A stretch of DNA of 64,000 bases. It comes from Escherichia phage UPEC06. Of this stretch, positions 9,237 through 19,912 are shown in pieces. The stretch is from the sequence record MW250786, one strand, 5' to 3'. Position numbers and translations under genes: made by a program. Below the pieces are notes generated by a model that worked only from the letters and a program-made list of their open reading frames with translations, was not told the DNA's origin and did not search any database. Position 1 is the first letter of the stretch; the number at the start of each line of letters is the position of its first letter.

Positions 9237-11660
9237 ATGGCTGTTGAAGTAATTGCAACAACAAAGAACCGAGTCATATTTGAAACTGACAAAGGTTCCT
9301 ATCGAAAAGCTCGTGAGGAGATCCGAAAACTCTCCAACGAATGGAAAAAGGCTTCAACAGAGGCTACCGCTGCCGGAAAGAATTCTCCTGCTGAGGCTTA
9401 TAAACAATCCGCTCGTGAAATGAGACTAGTCAGTAAACGTCTGGAAGAAACTCGGAAGCGTGAGGAGAAGAAGGCCACTGATTATCGTATTGCTCTGGCA
9501 AAGAAAGAAGCCAAGGCAAAAGAGGCAATTCAGAAGGTTTCTGCTGCAAGAATACGACAACAGGTTAAAAGCCTGACGGCTGCATCCCCTGGTTCTGCTG
9601 AGATGAGAAAGTTCTATCAGGAACAGGAGAAAGCTGCCCGTGCTGCTGCAAGATCTGCAAACCGTACAGCGACACCTTTACCGCCTTTCAACATCCAACG
9701 TGTGGAAGCTGCAAATCAATTATTATCTCGCGGTAACAGAGAGCCAGGGTCAGGTATTGTTGGAGATCCTAATAGCCGATTCAACCCTGATTTAATTGCT
9801 GCACAAAACAGAGCGATGCAACGTAGTTCTCGTATCAAAGAGAGAATGGAGAAGCAACAAACTCAAGAACAGGAACGTGAACGTGTCCGCGCTGCTCGTG
9901 CTGCTGCCCGTATTGATGATGTTACAGCACAACAGCGTATTCGTCTATCTTCTCGTTATGGTCGTGGTTATGCAGGTGCTTTGGGTCGTGACTCGGAAGG
10001 TCGTGGGATTGAAGATCTTAATAGACAATTCCGTGCAGGAACGTTATCATCTGGTCAGTATCGTCAAAGCATACAGGCGCTAGAAAGACAATTCCGTGCT
10101 GCACAGTCAAGTGCTGGATCTTTCTCTTCCACACTTAAAGATGTTCGTTCCAGCCTGGTAAGTGCTACTGCCGCATACGGAGTTTTCTCAGCAGGTGCAT
10201 CAATAACTCGTCAAGGTCAATTCTTTGAAGGAATCAACGCAACTTCTCTATTGATCTCTGATTCGGCAGAAGAAGCTGGTCAGCGTGTTAAGTTTGTTCG
10301 TGACGAAGCATACCGTTTAGGTTTGGATCTGAAAACTGCATCGCAGGGATTTACCCAGTTAGCGATCTCTGCTGATGGTGTTATTAGTAAATCTCAAACA
10401 GACGAATTATTTAGTGCATTTTCTGAATATTCCACCGCACTTCAGGTCGATCCCGTAAGATATCAGCGTGGCATTACAGCAATTCAACAGATCCTTGGTA
10501 AAGGTCAAGTAATGGCTGAAGAACTTAAAGGCCAGTTGGCTGAAGCAATTCCAGGTTCCTTGCAGGTATTCTTGAAAGCAACTCAGGAAGCTTTTGGTGA
10601 CACCTCTATCGACATTGCAAAATTGCTCAAGCTGATGGAAGACGGTGAATTGAAAGCCTCCAAGATCATACCTTTGGTTGGTAAATACTATGCAGAGGCT
10701 GCTAATAAAGGTGGTGCACTGGATAAAGCTTTGGAAAGTAACCGTGTTGCTTATCAGCGTTTAACCCAGACTTTTGCAGAGTTCCAAAACAAAATATTCC
10801 AAGGTGGCTTTGGAGAACAACTTACAAGAGTGTTCAATAACTTAGCTACGATCCTGTCAAGTAATGGTAATGTTGCCAGCACCATTGGTAGATTCTTCGG
10901 TAACGTAATTGAAGGGTTTACAGACATGGTTCTTGAAATTCACGATAACTTGGTCCTTCTCGACCGTGTTGTGACTTACTATTTCAAGAAGATTGGTGTT
11001 GAAGGTGAAACTCTTCGACAGGTGTTCGACTGGGGTTCTTATCTCCTCGGGATTGGATTATTCCTTGGTGGATTGACTAAAGTGTTCAACATCCTTGCTA
11101 AGATTGCAGGACTTAAAGGTGCACTTAAGGAAATTCGTGGTACACTCGGTGGTGATTTGGCTACAGGTGGAAAAACGAGCACAGGTGCAAGCACAACTGC
11201 TTCTGGCGGGGCAGGTACACCAGGTCAAACCAGCGTAGCGGGTAGATTCAGTCAGCTTGGTAAGCTTGGCAAACTCTTCGGCCTTGGTACTCTTTACTCA
11301 GCAGGGTCAGAGATCAATGACCGCTTTATTCAAAGTGGAGAGAGCCGATTGGCTGGAGCAGGGCTTGACGCAACAGCTTTCCAGCAGCAATATGGTGTAA
11401 CTCCACAACCTGTCGGGTTAACGGATGTGTTCATGGAGTTGTTTGGTGGCTCTCGTGACATAACTGTAGATCCTAACACTATCTCGACTCCATCTGGTAT
11501 TCGCCCTAGCGGATTTCCTCTGGAAACTCCAGCAGCACCACCTGAAGGTAAGATCACCGTTGAGATCAAGAGTGGAGAGATTCGTCAATATATCCGTGCA
11601 ATTGTGGATGAAGAGAACGGATTCAATATCAACCTGCTCACTCAGGGTGGTAACCAATAA
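9237..11660 (+). CDS. tail tape measure protein
   Basis: 807 aa, Ala/Gln/Arg-rich coiled-coil-like N-half, Gly-rich C-terminal region; follows chaperone pair. Confidence 0.7.
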   Translation: MAVEVIATTKNRVIFETDKGSYRKAREEIRKLSNEWKKASTEATAAGKNSPAEAYKQSAREMRLVSKRLEETRKREEKKATDYRIALAKKEAKAKEAIQKVSAARIRQQVKSLTAASPGSAEMRKFYQEQEKAARAAARSANRTATPLPPFNIQRVEAANQLLSRGNREPGSGIVGDPNSRFNPDLIAAQNRAMQRSSRIKERMEKQQTQEQERERVRAARAAARIDDVTAQQRIRLSSRYGRGYAGALGRDSEGRGIEDLNRQFRAGTLSSGQYRQSIQALERQFRAAQSSAGSFSSTLKDVRSSLVSATAAYGVFSAGASITRQGQFFEGINATSLLISDSAEEAGQRVKFVRDEAYRLGLDLKTASQGFTQLAISADGVISKSQTDELFSAFSEYSTALQVDPVRYQRGITAIQQILGKGQVMAEELKGQLAEAIPGSLQVFLKATQEAFGDTSIDIAKLLKLMEDGELKASKIIPLVGKYYAEAANKGGALDKALESNRVAYQRLTQTFAEFQNKIFQGGFGEQLTRVFNNLATILSSNGNVASTIGRFFGNVIEGFTDMVLEIHDNLVLLDRVVTYYFKKIGVEGETLRQVFDWGSYLLGIGLFLGGLTKVFNILAKIAGLKGALKEIRGTLGGDLATGGKTSTGASTTASGGAGTPGQTSVAGRFSQLGKLGKLFGLGTLYSAGSEINDRFIQSGESRLAGAGLDATAFQQQYGVTPQPVGLTDVFMELFGGSRDITVDPNTISTPSGIRPSGFPLETPAAPPEGKITVEIKSGEIRQYIRAIVDEENGFNINLLTQGGNQ

Positions 11661-11665
11661 TTACA

Positions 11666-11690
11666 GGGGGCTTCGGCCCCCTTTTTTATT
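11666..11690 (+). terminator. intrinsic terminator
   Basis: GGGGGC-TTCG-GCCCCC followed by TTTTTTATT. Confidence 0.65.
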
Positions 11691-11728
11691 GTCCTTATTC
11701 GTGTTAAAATACTGAAAGGAGGAAACTT

Positions 11729-12607
11729 ATGGCTACTGATTTAAAACCTAGCACTTACAAAATGGGTACGTACTCACCTGAGCAGATTGCAGCTATCGAC
11801 AAGGCGTATCAGCAAGGTCAAGCTGAAGAGGCTCGTCAAAAACAGACGGCACAGAATACCAAGTTGCGTGAAGATGTTCAATACACACTCTTTGCTTCTG
11901 GTATCAATACAGGTAGAGCGCCCCTTCTTTACGACAAGAACCAAACAGACGATATTGCTATCCTGTTTGACGTTGTTACTACCCACACTTACACAAAGGA
12001 TTATAACAAGACGAGCTATGCTGTAGAGTCAAAAGCTAAAGCATCCGATCATGTTGTAACTCAAGATGGTAAATTTAGTTTTTCGGCAGTCATTACTGAC
12101 TCTCCTTTAATTATAAATGAGAGAAACTATATTGACTTCGATACAGATAAAAATAACCCGTTACAATCCAAGCGTCCAGCAAAAGCTGTAGAGATCCTTA
12201 AGCAAATTGGTGATGGTCATCAACTTGTTACCTTAGTAACAGAAGATGATATCCTGACGAACTATGTAATCACAAACTTCTCTGTTACTCGTGACAATGG
12301 TCAGGGGGGTAGCATTGCTGTTAGTTTGACCCTTGAAGAGTTCCGTTTCCGTGACATTTCTAAAACAGTTCTGGCAAGAACTACTGCCGATCCTAAGAAA
12401 GCTAAGAATGTAAACTCAGGTACTAAACAGACCGCAGAGAATGGTTCTGTTAGCGATAATGCCCAAGGTAAACGTAAAACACCGTACCTTGGAAAAAATG
12501 CTGCTGCAAAAGAGAGAATTGAAAACGCCCTTACTGGCACGACAGATTTCTCAGGGGAGGCAGGCAAGAAATATGAATTCGACCCAGCATCTTTGAAGAG
12601 GCAATAA
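11729..12607 (+). CDS. tail/baseplate assembly protein (unknown function)
   Basis: ORF after tape measure gene; AAGGAGG upstream. Confidence 0.45.
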   Translation: MATDLKPSTYKMGTYSPEQIAAIDKAYQQGQAEEARQKQTAQNTKLREDVQYTLFASGINTGRAPLLYDKNQTDDIAILFDVVTTHTYTKDYNKTSYAVESKAKASDHVVTQDGKFSFSAVITDSPLIINERNYIDFDTDKNNPLQSKRPAKAVEILKQIGDGHQLVTLVTEDDILTNYVITNFSVTRDNGQGGSIAVSLTLEEFRFRDISKTVLARTTADPKKAKNVNSGTKQTAENGSVSDNAQGKRKTPYLGKNAAAKERIENALTGTTDFSGEAGKKYEFDPASLKRQ

Positions 12608-12975
12608 TGATTGATCTTAATAAGAAATATGTAAGGACATTCGACTTTGAATTGTCTGGATATCCTGACGAAACTTTCCGTGTTGTTTTGGATTCCGTTA
12701 CCTACGAACTGCGATTCGTTTGGAACGAGAGAGATGAATCTTGGTTTTTCTCCTTAGGGGATATCGGTGTTCCACCAACGATAACAACCAAGCTTACTTG
12801 CTACGCGGATATTATAGGGCCTTATCGCTACCTTGATAATGTGCCGGAAGGAAACTTGTACTTATTCCCACTAAGAGACATTGCTACTCGCGTGGGTCGT
12901 TATAACGTTGGCCCTCTCTCTGGTGTTCAAATGATTTATGCATCAAGAGAGGAAGATGTGGAGGCGATCAATTAA
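12607..12975 (+). CDS. tail/baseplate protein (unknown function)
   Basis: ATGA start-stop overlap with upstream gene. Confidence 0.45.
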   Translation: MIDLNKKYVRTFDFELSGYPDETFRVVLDSVTYELRFVWNERDESWFFSLGDIGVPPTITTKLTCYADIIGPYRYLDNVPEGNLYLFPLRDIATRVGRYNVGPLSGVQMIYASREEDVEAIN

Positions 12976-13931
12976 TGAAAGCATTGGAAAGGACATATAC
13001 TTTAGTTATCGGAAGGCCTGTTTATATTGGTGAAAAGCCAGTCAACATTGAGCGCTACGCCACTAACAGTAACCAAGGTGAAGCATATGAGATCAAGGAT
13101 CTTCATATTACCTTTCAGTTAAAGAAAGACAACTCAAAGGAACCTAACAAGGGATACGTAAGTGTATTTAACCTTTCCGATGACGTTGTTAACTACCTCA
13201 GTATAAACCAAAGGGAATCTCTCGCTGTCCTTTTAAAAGCGGGATACAATGGTGACGAAAAACTTATCTTTTCTGGAACAATCGAGTTCGTGGAGGATAC
13301 TTTCTCAGAGGAAACACGAGAGACTAAGTTTATTTTTGGTGATGGAACCCTGAACTTGACTACCGCCACAACATCCCGATCTTACCGAAAGGGAACACCT
13401 GTGAATCAGGTTCTTAATGATCTTATCTCTGATCTTAAGCTACCCAAAGGTCGTGTTGTTCCTTTTGGTGCTGACACATTACAGAGTTCTATGGCATTTA
13501 CTGGGAATGCGGCACAGAACTTAGAAAACCTTGCAAAAAATACCGGATCTACCTTTTCGATACAGGATGGTGCTGTCTATTGGACAAAAGAAGGTTCTCG
13601 GTTTGCAAATGTTATGTTTGAGATCTCTGAAGAAGGCGGGATGGTTGGCACACCAACATTAAAGCAACCAAACATCTCGAAGAAGAAAAAGAAGAAAGAT
13701 ACAAAAGATACTTCAAATAAGAAGGAGAAGAATATAAAGGAGGACGTTGGTTTAACAGTAACCACACTCCTTAATGGTGCAATCCTTCCTGAGTCTACAG
13801 TATATCTGAACACCCGTTACATTAAGGGTTTTTACAAAGTCATTGAGTTGACGCACAGAGGTGGTTACGAAACAGGCGACTGGGTAACCGAATTAGGTCT
13901 TGCAGAAACACGAGGGGAGTTGATAAGATAA
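12975..13931 (+). CDS. putative baseplate hub-like protein
   Basis: Position before spike gene; contains Lys-rich tract KKKKKKDTKD. Confidence 0.35.
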   Translation: MKALERTYTLVIGRPVYIGEKPVNIERYATNSNQGEAYEIKDLHITFQLKKDNSKEPNKGYVSVFNLSDDVVNYLSINQRESLAVLLKAGYNGDEKLIFSGTIEFVEDTFSEETRETKFIFGDGTLNLTTATTSRSYRKGTPVNQVLNDLISDLKLPKGRVVPFGADTLQSSMAFTGNAAQNLENLAKNTGSTFSIQDGAVYWTKEGSRFANVMFEISEEGGMVGTPTLKQPNISKKKKKKDTKDTSNKKEKNIKEDVGLTVTTLLNGAILPESTVYLNTRYIKGFYKVIELTHRGGYETGDWVTELGLAETRGELIR

Positions 13932-13934
13932 CTT

Positions 13935-14627
13935 ATGGCTTACGTAGATCGTTATGATGCAGCACTGTCTGTCTTTGTCGGAAGATATCTGCGAAACAAC
14001 GTGCATACTAACATCCGAGGAACAGTGGTTGGCGTTAATTACGCCATTCCATCTGTTGATGTTAAACCTATGGCACAAACTGAATTTGAGAACGGAACAG
14101 TAGAAGCTTATCCGGTTATTTACGATGTTCCGATTAACTTCCCTTCCGGTGCGGGTGGAAAGGCAAGATTATCTATGCCTATAAAAGTCGGAGATCTGGT
14201 AGGTGTTGCTTTCTCTGAAAGAAACGAAGGTGACTTCAAGGATGTGAATACCCATCAACTATTCCCTGGTTGGGCTGTGACACAGATATTTACCGAAGGT
14301 AATGGAAAGGTTGCTCATCCAGATAACGTTGTTCTTGAGAATGACAAAGGCGTTATGACATTGATGCCTGATGGGACGATGACGTTTCAGAATCCCGCTG
14401 CCAATCTAAAGATTGAGCAAAGTGGCAAGATGACATTTTCTAATGGCCCTGCAAACATAGAAGTAATGGAATCTGGAATGGTAAGGGTGAATGGTTGCAC
14501 CATAACAACCTCCGGTAACGTGATCACAGCTTCCGGTGTTGATCTGGAAGATTTTTATGCCGACTACCTCAACCATAGACATAGTGGCGTTGAAAGAGGT
14601 GGTGATATAAGCGGGGTTAAAGTATAA
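13935..14627 (+). CDS. putative baseplate central spike (gpV-like)
   Basis: 230 aa, position in baseplate cluster; C-terminal HRH motif near the tip. Confidence 0.45.
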   Translation: MAYVDRYDAALSVFVGRYLRNNVHTNIRGTVVGVNYAIPSVDVKPMAQTEFENGTVEAYPVIYDVPINFPSGAGGKARLSMPIKVGDLVGVAFSERNEGDFKDVNTHQLFPGWAVTQIFTEGNGKVAHPDNVVLENDKGVMTLMPDGTMTFQNPAANLKIEQSGKMTFSNGPANIEVMESGMVRVNGCTITTSGNVITASGVDLEDFYADYLNHRHSGVERGGDISGVKV

Positions 14628-15151
14628 TGGCTACAGTATTTAAAGACTTCCTTTTAGATCCCTCAACAGGGGATCTTGATTTCTCGACTAGGACTTTGCA
14701 GGTTGTTACCTCTAACCAGATGAGTTTACGTCAAAGGCTTTATCTTCGCTTCGGGATCTGGCAGGGTACTTGGTATTTCGATGAAACAATAGGCTTCCCT
14801 TACGGAATGTTTATTGCTAAGAAACTATCAAAAACTGTACTGGATAATAGGATAAAGCAAGAAGTTCGTCAAGAACCGGATGTGATAGCGATAAAAGATT
14901 TCAATTCTTCTGTGGAGATTTACAGCCGTAGTTATAAATGCTTCTTTACGGTTGTAACGTCAGAGGGTGAAGAGATTAACTTCGCATTCTTAGGTGATGA
15001 TACTTATGAGTATCCAACACCGCCGGAAGGTAACGTTGAACTGTGTGGTGACGAAGGTTCTTTAATTGAGTTCAAGAACAAACTTTACTACCTGATTAAC
15101 TTTAGATTACCGAAATATGGTGACTCTACTTGGGTCAACACTTGGAAATAA
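14627..15151 (+). CDS. putative baseplate wedge protein (gp25/gpW-like by position)
   Basis: 174 aa ORF overlapping spike stop (ATGA). Confidence 0.4.
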   Translation: MATVFKDFLLDPSTGDLDFSTRTLQVVTSNQMSLRQRLYLRFGIWQGTWYFDETIGFPYGMFIAKKLSKTVLDNRIKQEVRQEPDVIAIKDFNSSVEIYSRSYKCFFTVVTSEGEEINFAFLGDDTYEYPTPPEGNVELCGDEGSLIEFKNKLYYLINFRLPKYGDSTWVNTWK

Positions 15152-15157
15152 CCTCAA

Positions 15158-15183
15158 GGGAGCCTCGTGCTCCCTTTTCTTTT
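15158..15183 (+). terminator. intrinsic terminator
   Basis: GGGAGC-CTCGT-GCTCCC followed by TTTTCTTTT. Confidence 0.55.
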
Positions 15184-15242
15184 AATTCTCTGGATATTAT
15201 GATAAAATACGCTTATCGTCTAATTTTGGAGCAGGAGGAACA

Positions 15243-16727
15243 ATGGCGTCCAATTACGGTCTAACGGGTAGTGGATTTAACCTCCCGCCGATGGAAGACT
15301 TGATTCAGGAAACGAAGAAAACTTTCAAGAATGAATTTGGTGAAGATTTCAATACCGAAAGTAACTCAGTTGCTGACAAACTCATTTCTATCTTTAACGA
15401 ACGTGAATATCAACTCTGGTTGTTGATGGGTTCTGTTTATTACGCACAGACAATGCAAGGTGCAGAAGGTATTTACCTTGACGACCTTTTATCTAAGCGT
15501 GGTATTTATCGTAACGGGAAGACTCGAAGCACAGGTCAGGTTCAGTTGACCATTGATTCCACTATCCCTTACAACATGATTTACTCTGCCTCTGCATACA
15601 CCATCGACAACGATTATCGTCTATCTAACGATGTTCAGGTTGCAGGAAACATTTTTGCTCAGGTCATCCGTGGTTCGGATCTTTCTGTCGGAAGTTACCG
15701 ATTACAGATCCAGAACATCAATGATCAATCGATCAAGACCATGACATATCAATTGACAGCCACCACTGGTGCGCCTGTTATCGCATTCTTCTCTGCAATT
15801 AAAGATTTCATTGTGGAGAACACTATCCTGTCCAACCGTGATAAAATCATTATTGATTCCGTAGCCAACTCTATCCACATTGGGTATGATAGTAACAAGA
15901 ACCTTATCGGCTTGTCAAGCAGAATCGATTTCCGTACTCAACCATTGGCAGGTACTAGAACTATCACAATGGATGTTAGAGCTACGGAGCCTGGTTTAAC
16001 ATCTCGTGATGCTTTCAGTGTTCGTGGAATAAGTCCGGTTCCGGCGGGTTTCCTTGACTTGACGAACCTGATTGCATTCACCCCAGGGTCAGACGTAGAA
16101 TCAGATAATGAATACCGTCTCCGTGCAATTGATGCAGTTAACACAGGAAAGGCCACTCGTGCAGCGATCCTTTCTGCACTGCTGAACAAAGTTGAGGGTA
16201 TAGAAAAGGTAAGGATCTTTGCAAACAATACCGACAAGACTAACTCTGTTGGTGTACCTCCTTACTCCTTCATGCCTGTTGTTTACGGTGGTAACACTGC
16301 TGAAATCAGTCAGGTACTTTACGACACTATCGCGGGTTCCAACAATACGTCAGGGAGTACTTTCTACAATATCACCACTGAAGATGACCAAGTAGAAACA
16401 ATCTGGCACACGAAGGCCCAAGCTCGTAACCTGAGTATGAGAATCAGCTATCGTGGAAGACCTCTTTCTGTTGTCGAAGAAACAACTATCTCAAATAGCT
16501 TGATTACTGCGATAAATGGGACTATTATAGCCGGAACTCTGTACAACGTTCAGTTGGTAGGTACAGTTATCAGTTCAACGGCATCATCTCGTTTCACTCA
16601 AGTTTTTGTTGAGATTAAGAACGTAGAAGAACCTGAGTCTTCCTATGTTGGAACAGATGTATCTGCCGATGTTACTGAAGTATTCGCCCTGTCCGCAGAG
16701 AATATTGAATTCCGTCAGATAGTTTAA
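15243..16727 (+). CDS. putative baseplate J-like protein
   Basis: 494 aa ORF, AGGAGG RBS, position after gpW-like gene. Confidence 0.4.
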   Translation: MASNYGLTGSGFNLPPMEDLIQETKKTFKNEFGEDFNTESNSVADKLISIFNEREYQLWLLMGSVYYAQTMQGAEGIYLDDLLSKRGIYRNGKTRSTGQVQLTIDSTIPYNMIYSASAYTIDNDYRLSNDVQVAGNIFAQVIRGSDLSVGSYRLQIQNINDQSIKTMTYQLTATTGAPVIAFFSAIKDFIVENTILSNRDKIIIDSVANSIHIGYDSNKNLIGLSSRIDFRTQPLAGTRTITMDVRATEPGLTSRDAFSVRGISPVPAGFLDLTNLIAFTPGSDVESDNEYRLRAIDAVNTGKATRAAILSALLNKVEGIEKVRIFANNTDKTNSVGVPPYSFMPVVYGGNTAEISQVLYDTIAGSNNTSGSTFYNITTEDDQVETIWHTKAQARNLSMRISYRGRPLSVVEETTISNSLITAINGTIIAGTLYNVQLVGTVISSTASSRFTQVFVEIKNVEEPESSYVGTDVSADVTEVFALSAENIEFRQIV

Positions 16728-16736
16728 GGAGAAAGA

Positions 16737-17378
16737 ATGGCAGAGGTTACAGAAAAGAAGGATGTTAACCACATCCATCCTCTGCCTGATTTCGTCAAAG
16801 GGGGTATTGATTATTTACCCCCTGAGGTCTTTGAGAATAAAGATAACATCCAAAAGGTCCTTGAGATCTTCTTGAAACGTCTTGAACTCATCGATCAGAA
16901 AGCTGTTGAACTGGCAGAGATGAGAACAATCATCAATGCAGAGGGCGACACTCTCGACGAGATAGGCAGACAAAATGGTATCTTCCGTAACGGATTGAAT
17001 GACCCTGAGTACAGGGCTGTTATTATAATCCTTACAGGTATCGGATCTAAAAGCGGAACAAGGTCTGAAATAATATCCACACTGAAGCAATTATTCGGCG
17101 AAGAGGGTGTGACTACCTACAAGGGTAGAAACTATCGTATGGATATCAACATCTTCAACACCTGTGTGGAAGTTGAGCTTATTCTTGACCAAATACTTGA
17201 TATGCTCCCTCTGGTGACTCACTTGCGAGTTGTGGAGAATCAGGGATACCCGTTTGGATTTGAGGGTGACGAACAAGCATTTGGGTGGGCATCCGTCTAC
17301 GACACTGATCGTACTGGCGCGGGTGGACTTGCAACTTTAGTTTATGTATCTGACGACGAAGACCCTTGGGGCTTTTAA
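16737..17378 (+). CDS. putative baseplate protein (gpI-like by position)
   Basis: 213 aa, directly follows J-like gene. Confidence 0.4.
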   Translation: MAEVTEKKDVNHIHPLPDFVKGGIDYLPPEVFENKDNIQKVLEIFLKRLELIDQKAVELAEMRTIINAEGDTLDEIGRQNGIFRNGLNDPEYRAVIIILTGIGSKSGTRSEIISTLKQLFGEEGVTTYKGRNYRMDINIFNTCVEVELILDQILDMLPLVTHLRVVENQGYPFGFEGDEQAFGWASVYDTDRTGAGGLATLVYVSDDEDPWGF

Positions 17379-17390
17379 TGGGAGAATTTA

Positions 17391-19025
17391 ATGGCTAGAC
17401 CAACAACACCGATTGTTGTCTTTGCGGCACAAGATGTTAACCTTCCTGGCACTGGAAGACCTAACAAATCAAAACCGATTGATGACCTTTTAGCGAAGGG
17501 CTATGACAAAGGACAAAAACCAGCGGCAGAGGAATTCAACTATATTCTTCACCAATCTGGTGCTTGGCTTAACTGGATCGTAGAAGAGAAGTTCCCTGAA
17601 GTTGAAGAAGAATATAAGCGACTGATTCAGGAACTCGAAACACGAGTAAACAATCAACTGGAAGTTATTCGTGAAGATGTTGCAAACGTAAGACAATCAG
17701 TTGCAACCTTGAGAACTTATGTAGAGCAAACTGTTGCAGACATTCGTCGTGAGATCACTGCGGTTGATCAGCGTGTTACTCGTTTGTCTCAAGACTTGGA
17801 TAATGCTGTTTCCAGATTAAACGCCCGTATTGATGAGCTTGAACCTCGTTTAGTTCCGATCGGTGCAATTCTTACTTGGGCAGGCCAAACACCTCCGGCG
17901 GGATTCTTGGAATGTAATGGACAGGTATACAGTACATCTCAAAACCCGAAACTTTATCAAGTCCTTGGTAGGAACGTAGTACCTGATTATCGTGGATTGT
18001 TCCTTCGTGGCTGGGCGCACGGATCTGGCGCTTACGATCCTGACTCTGGTCGTGCTTTGGGTTCTATTCAAGGTGATGCGATTCGAAACATTACTGGCGC
18101 GATGGGTTACGAAAGTATTCGTACTGACCACGGATATCGTGAGAGTGGTGCACTTTATACGCAATATAACTCAAACTCAGGTCCTGATCACGATCGTAAA
18201 AACCCAGCGGGTGATGTTCGATTTGATGCAAGCCGTGTTGTTCCGACTGCACCAGAAAACAGACCTAAGAACGTCGCAGTGATGTATATTATCAAGACTG
18301 ATCAGGCACAAGGTACGGGAAGTCTGTCACCAACTGCACTTGTTACTACGCCGGACACTATTACAAACCGCGTAGGGTTTACTCAAGGGATTTCTGCTCA
18401 GGTTCTCCCTGCAAACTTGGCAAGTCAATACCCTGTGACGTGGACTTCTCAGAACGGTAATGTTGCAACAGTGGATAGTGCAGGTAACGTAAGATTAACT
18501 GGTCCAGGTGAAACTAACATTATCGCCTCTATCTCTACTGGTATCTCTGCCCAAGTTAAAATAGTTTCATATACACCACTGACAGCAATCAGTATCGGTA
18601 GCATACCTAGTGTAGAGGTTAATGATTCCGAGGTTATTCCTGTTAATAGAACACCTGCTAACTCTAACGAGCCTCTCGTGTATTCTACCAGTAATGCTAA
18701 CGTCGCTGTTGTAACTCAAAGCGGTTACGTATCTGGTGTTTCTCCAGGTACAGCGGTAATAACAGTTCGTGGGTCTATCACAGGCATCCAAGCCACAAGA
18801 CAGGTCACTGTAATTCCTGCAACGATTGTTCAGACCATAGAGGATGTTCGTTTAGGTCTTGAGCAACAGACGACAATGAATGGCGATGATTATACAAATC
18901 CTGTGCGTGCTCCGGCGGGTTGTGTTATTACTGGCGTTGTATCAGCAGGTCTTGGGTTAAATCAAGGTTATTATAAACCGATCCAGAAGCGTATATCTGG
19001 CGTATGGGTAACGGTGGAGGGTTAA
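17391..19025 (+). CDS. tail fibre protein with tail-collar domain and Ig-like (Big_2-type) repeats
   Basis: Motif LTWAGQTPPAGFLECNGQVYSTSQNPKLYQVLG resembles the phage tail collar domain; two Big_2-like segments (VTWTSQNGNVATVDSAGNV..., VYSTSNANVAVVTQSGYV...). Confidence 0.65.
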   Translation: MARPTTPIVVFAAQDVNLPGTGRPNKSKPIDDLLAKGYDKGQKPAAEEFNYILHQSGAWLNWIVEEKFPEVEEEYKRLIQELETRVNNQLEVIREDVANVRQSVATLRTYVEQTVADIRREITAVDQRVTRLSQDLDNAVSRLNARIDELEPRLVPIGAILTWAGQTPPAGFLECNGQVYSTSQNPKLYQVLGRNVVPDYRGLFLRGWAHGSGAYDPDSGRALGSIQGDAIRNITGAMGYESIRTDHGYRESGALYTQYNSNSGPDHDRKNPAGDVRFDASRVVPTAPENRPKNVAVMYIIKTDQAQGTGSLSPTALVTTPDTITNRVGFTQGISAQVLPANLASQYPVTWTSQNGNVATVDSAGNVRLTGPGETNIIASISTGISAQVKIVSYTPLTAISIGSIPSVEVNDSEVIPVNRTPANSNEPLVYSTSNANVAVVTQSGYVSGVSPGTAVITVRGSITGIQATRQVTVIPATIVQTIEDVRLGLEQQTTMNGDDYTNPVRAPAGCVITGVVSAGLGLNQGYYKPIQKRISGVWVTVEG

Positions 19026-19027
19026 TT

Positions 19028-19540
19028 ATGAGAATGAATAACTTCAAGCTTTATACACCGGAAGTTAAATCTTTCGGAGAAGGAGTTCAGTATTTTCAGG
19101 ATGATAAGGGTCGTGATTTCTACGACTCTCGTGCACTATTCAAAAAGAAATATGTTGTTTTCTTTGATGAGCATAATATTGTCCGTGGCTGGGCAAAGAG
19201 TGAAGAAGTTACCCGTCTTCACCCAGGTGGTTTATCTGTTGTGGATCTTAATACCCTCCCTAAAGATTTTTCTTTGCAAGGTGGTGTTTGGTCATTCAAC
19301 GGAAAACAGGTAGTTAAGGCAGACTATGATCCTGCTTTTAGCACCGCTGCAAGAAAGGCTGGCATTCTGCAAGTGATCGGTTCTGTTATCGTTCCGCTTC
19401 AGGATGCTGTTGAATTGGGAGATGCTACAGATGATGAGCTTGAGAAGTATAACGATCTTCGTAAGATGAGAGTTAAAGTCATGCGTATCCCTGATAGCAC
19501 CTCCCCTGGTGATATCGACTGGTCAGAGTTCACCTTTTAA
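19028..19540 (+). CDS. putative tail fibre assembly protein
   Basis: ~170 aa ORF immediately after fibre gene; ATG at 19028 chosen over overlapping track start at 19004. Confidence 0.4.
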   Translation: MRMNNFKLYTPEVKSFGEGVQYFQDDKGRDFYDSRALFKKKYVVFFDEHNIVRGWAKSEEVTRLHPGGLSVVDLNTLPKDFSLQGGVWSFNGKQVVKADYDPAFSTAARKAGILQVIGSVIVPLQDAVELGDATDDELEKYNDLRKMRVKVMRIPDSTSPGDIDWSEFTF

Positions 19541-19550
19541 CCTTAGATGA

Positions 19551-19568
19551 GTCGGGCTTCGGCCCGAC
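19551..19568 (+). other. stable UUCG hairpin without U-tract
   Basis: GTCGGGC-TTCG-GCCCGAC, lies in the 5' end of the track ORF 19547..19912. Confidence 0.4.
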
Positions 19569-19579
19569 TATGGAGACTT

Positions 19580-19912
19580 ATGATTGTTGATATAATGGCA
19601 GTTCTTAAAGCACTTTGGGGTCTTTTAACATTTATTTTGCTGGGTGCACTAAAGATCTTTTACACCGACTTTAAAAAATTAGAGTCACGTCAAAGCGAGC
19701 TTGAAAAAGATGTTCTTCGTTTGAAGGAATCTGCGGTTACTAAGGATAGTATCGATGCCATTCTTGACCGTAAGATAAAACATATCACTGATACGATCCA
19801 GGATATTAGGACCGATATCACAGATATGCGAAAGGAAGCAAAAGAAGAAAACCACGCTCTACAGAAGGATATTCGAGAATTACTAAACAAAATTATTGAG
19901 AACCGCAAATGA
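19580..19912 (+). CDS. small membrane/coiled-coil protein
   Basis: Hydrophobic N-terminal segment then charged helical region; start uncertain (19547, 19580 or 19595). Confidence 0.4.
   Translation: MIVDIMAVLKALWGLLTFILLGALKIFYTDFKKLESRQSELEKDVLRLKESAVTKDSIDAILDRKIKHITDTIQDIRTDITDMRKEAKEENHALQKDIRELLNKIIENRK

Noticed and set aside
9796-10083. 95-aa + strand ORF in an alternative frame within the tape measure gene
   Set aside because: Embedded in a long well-supported ORF; hydrophobic, low-complexity translation.
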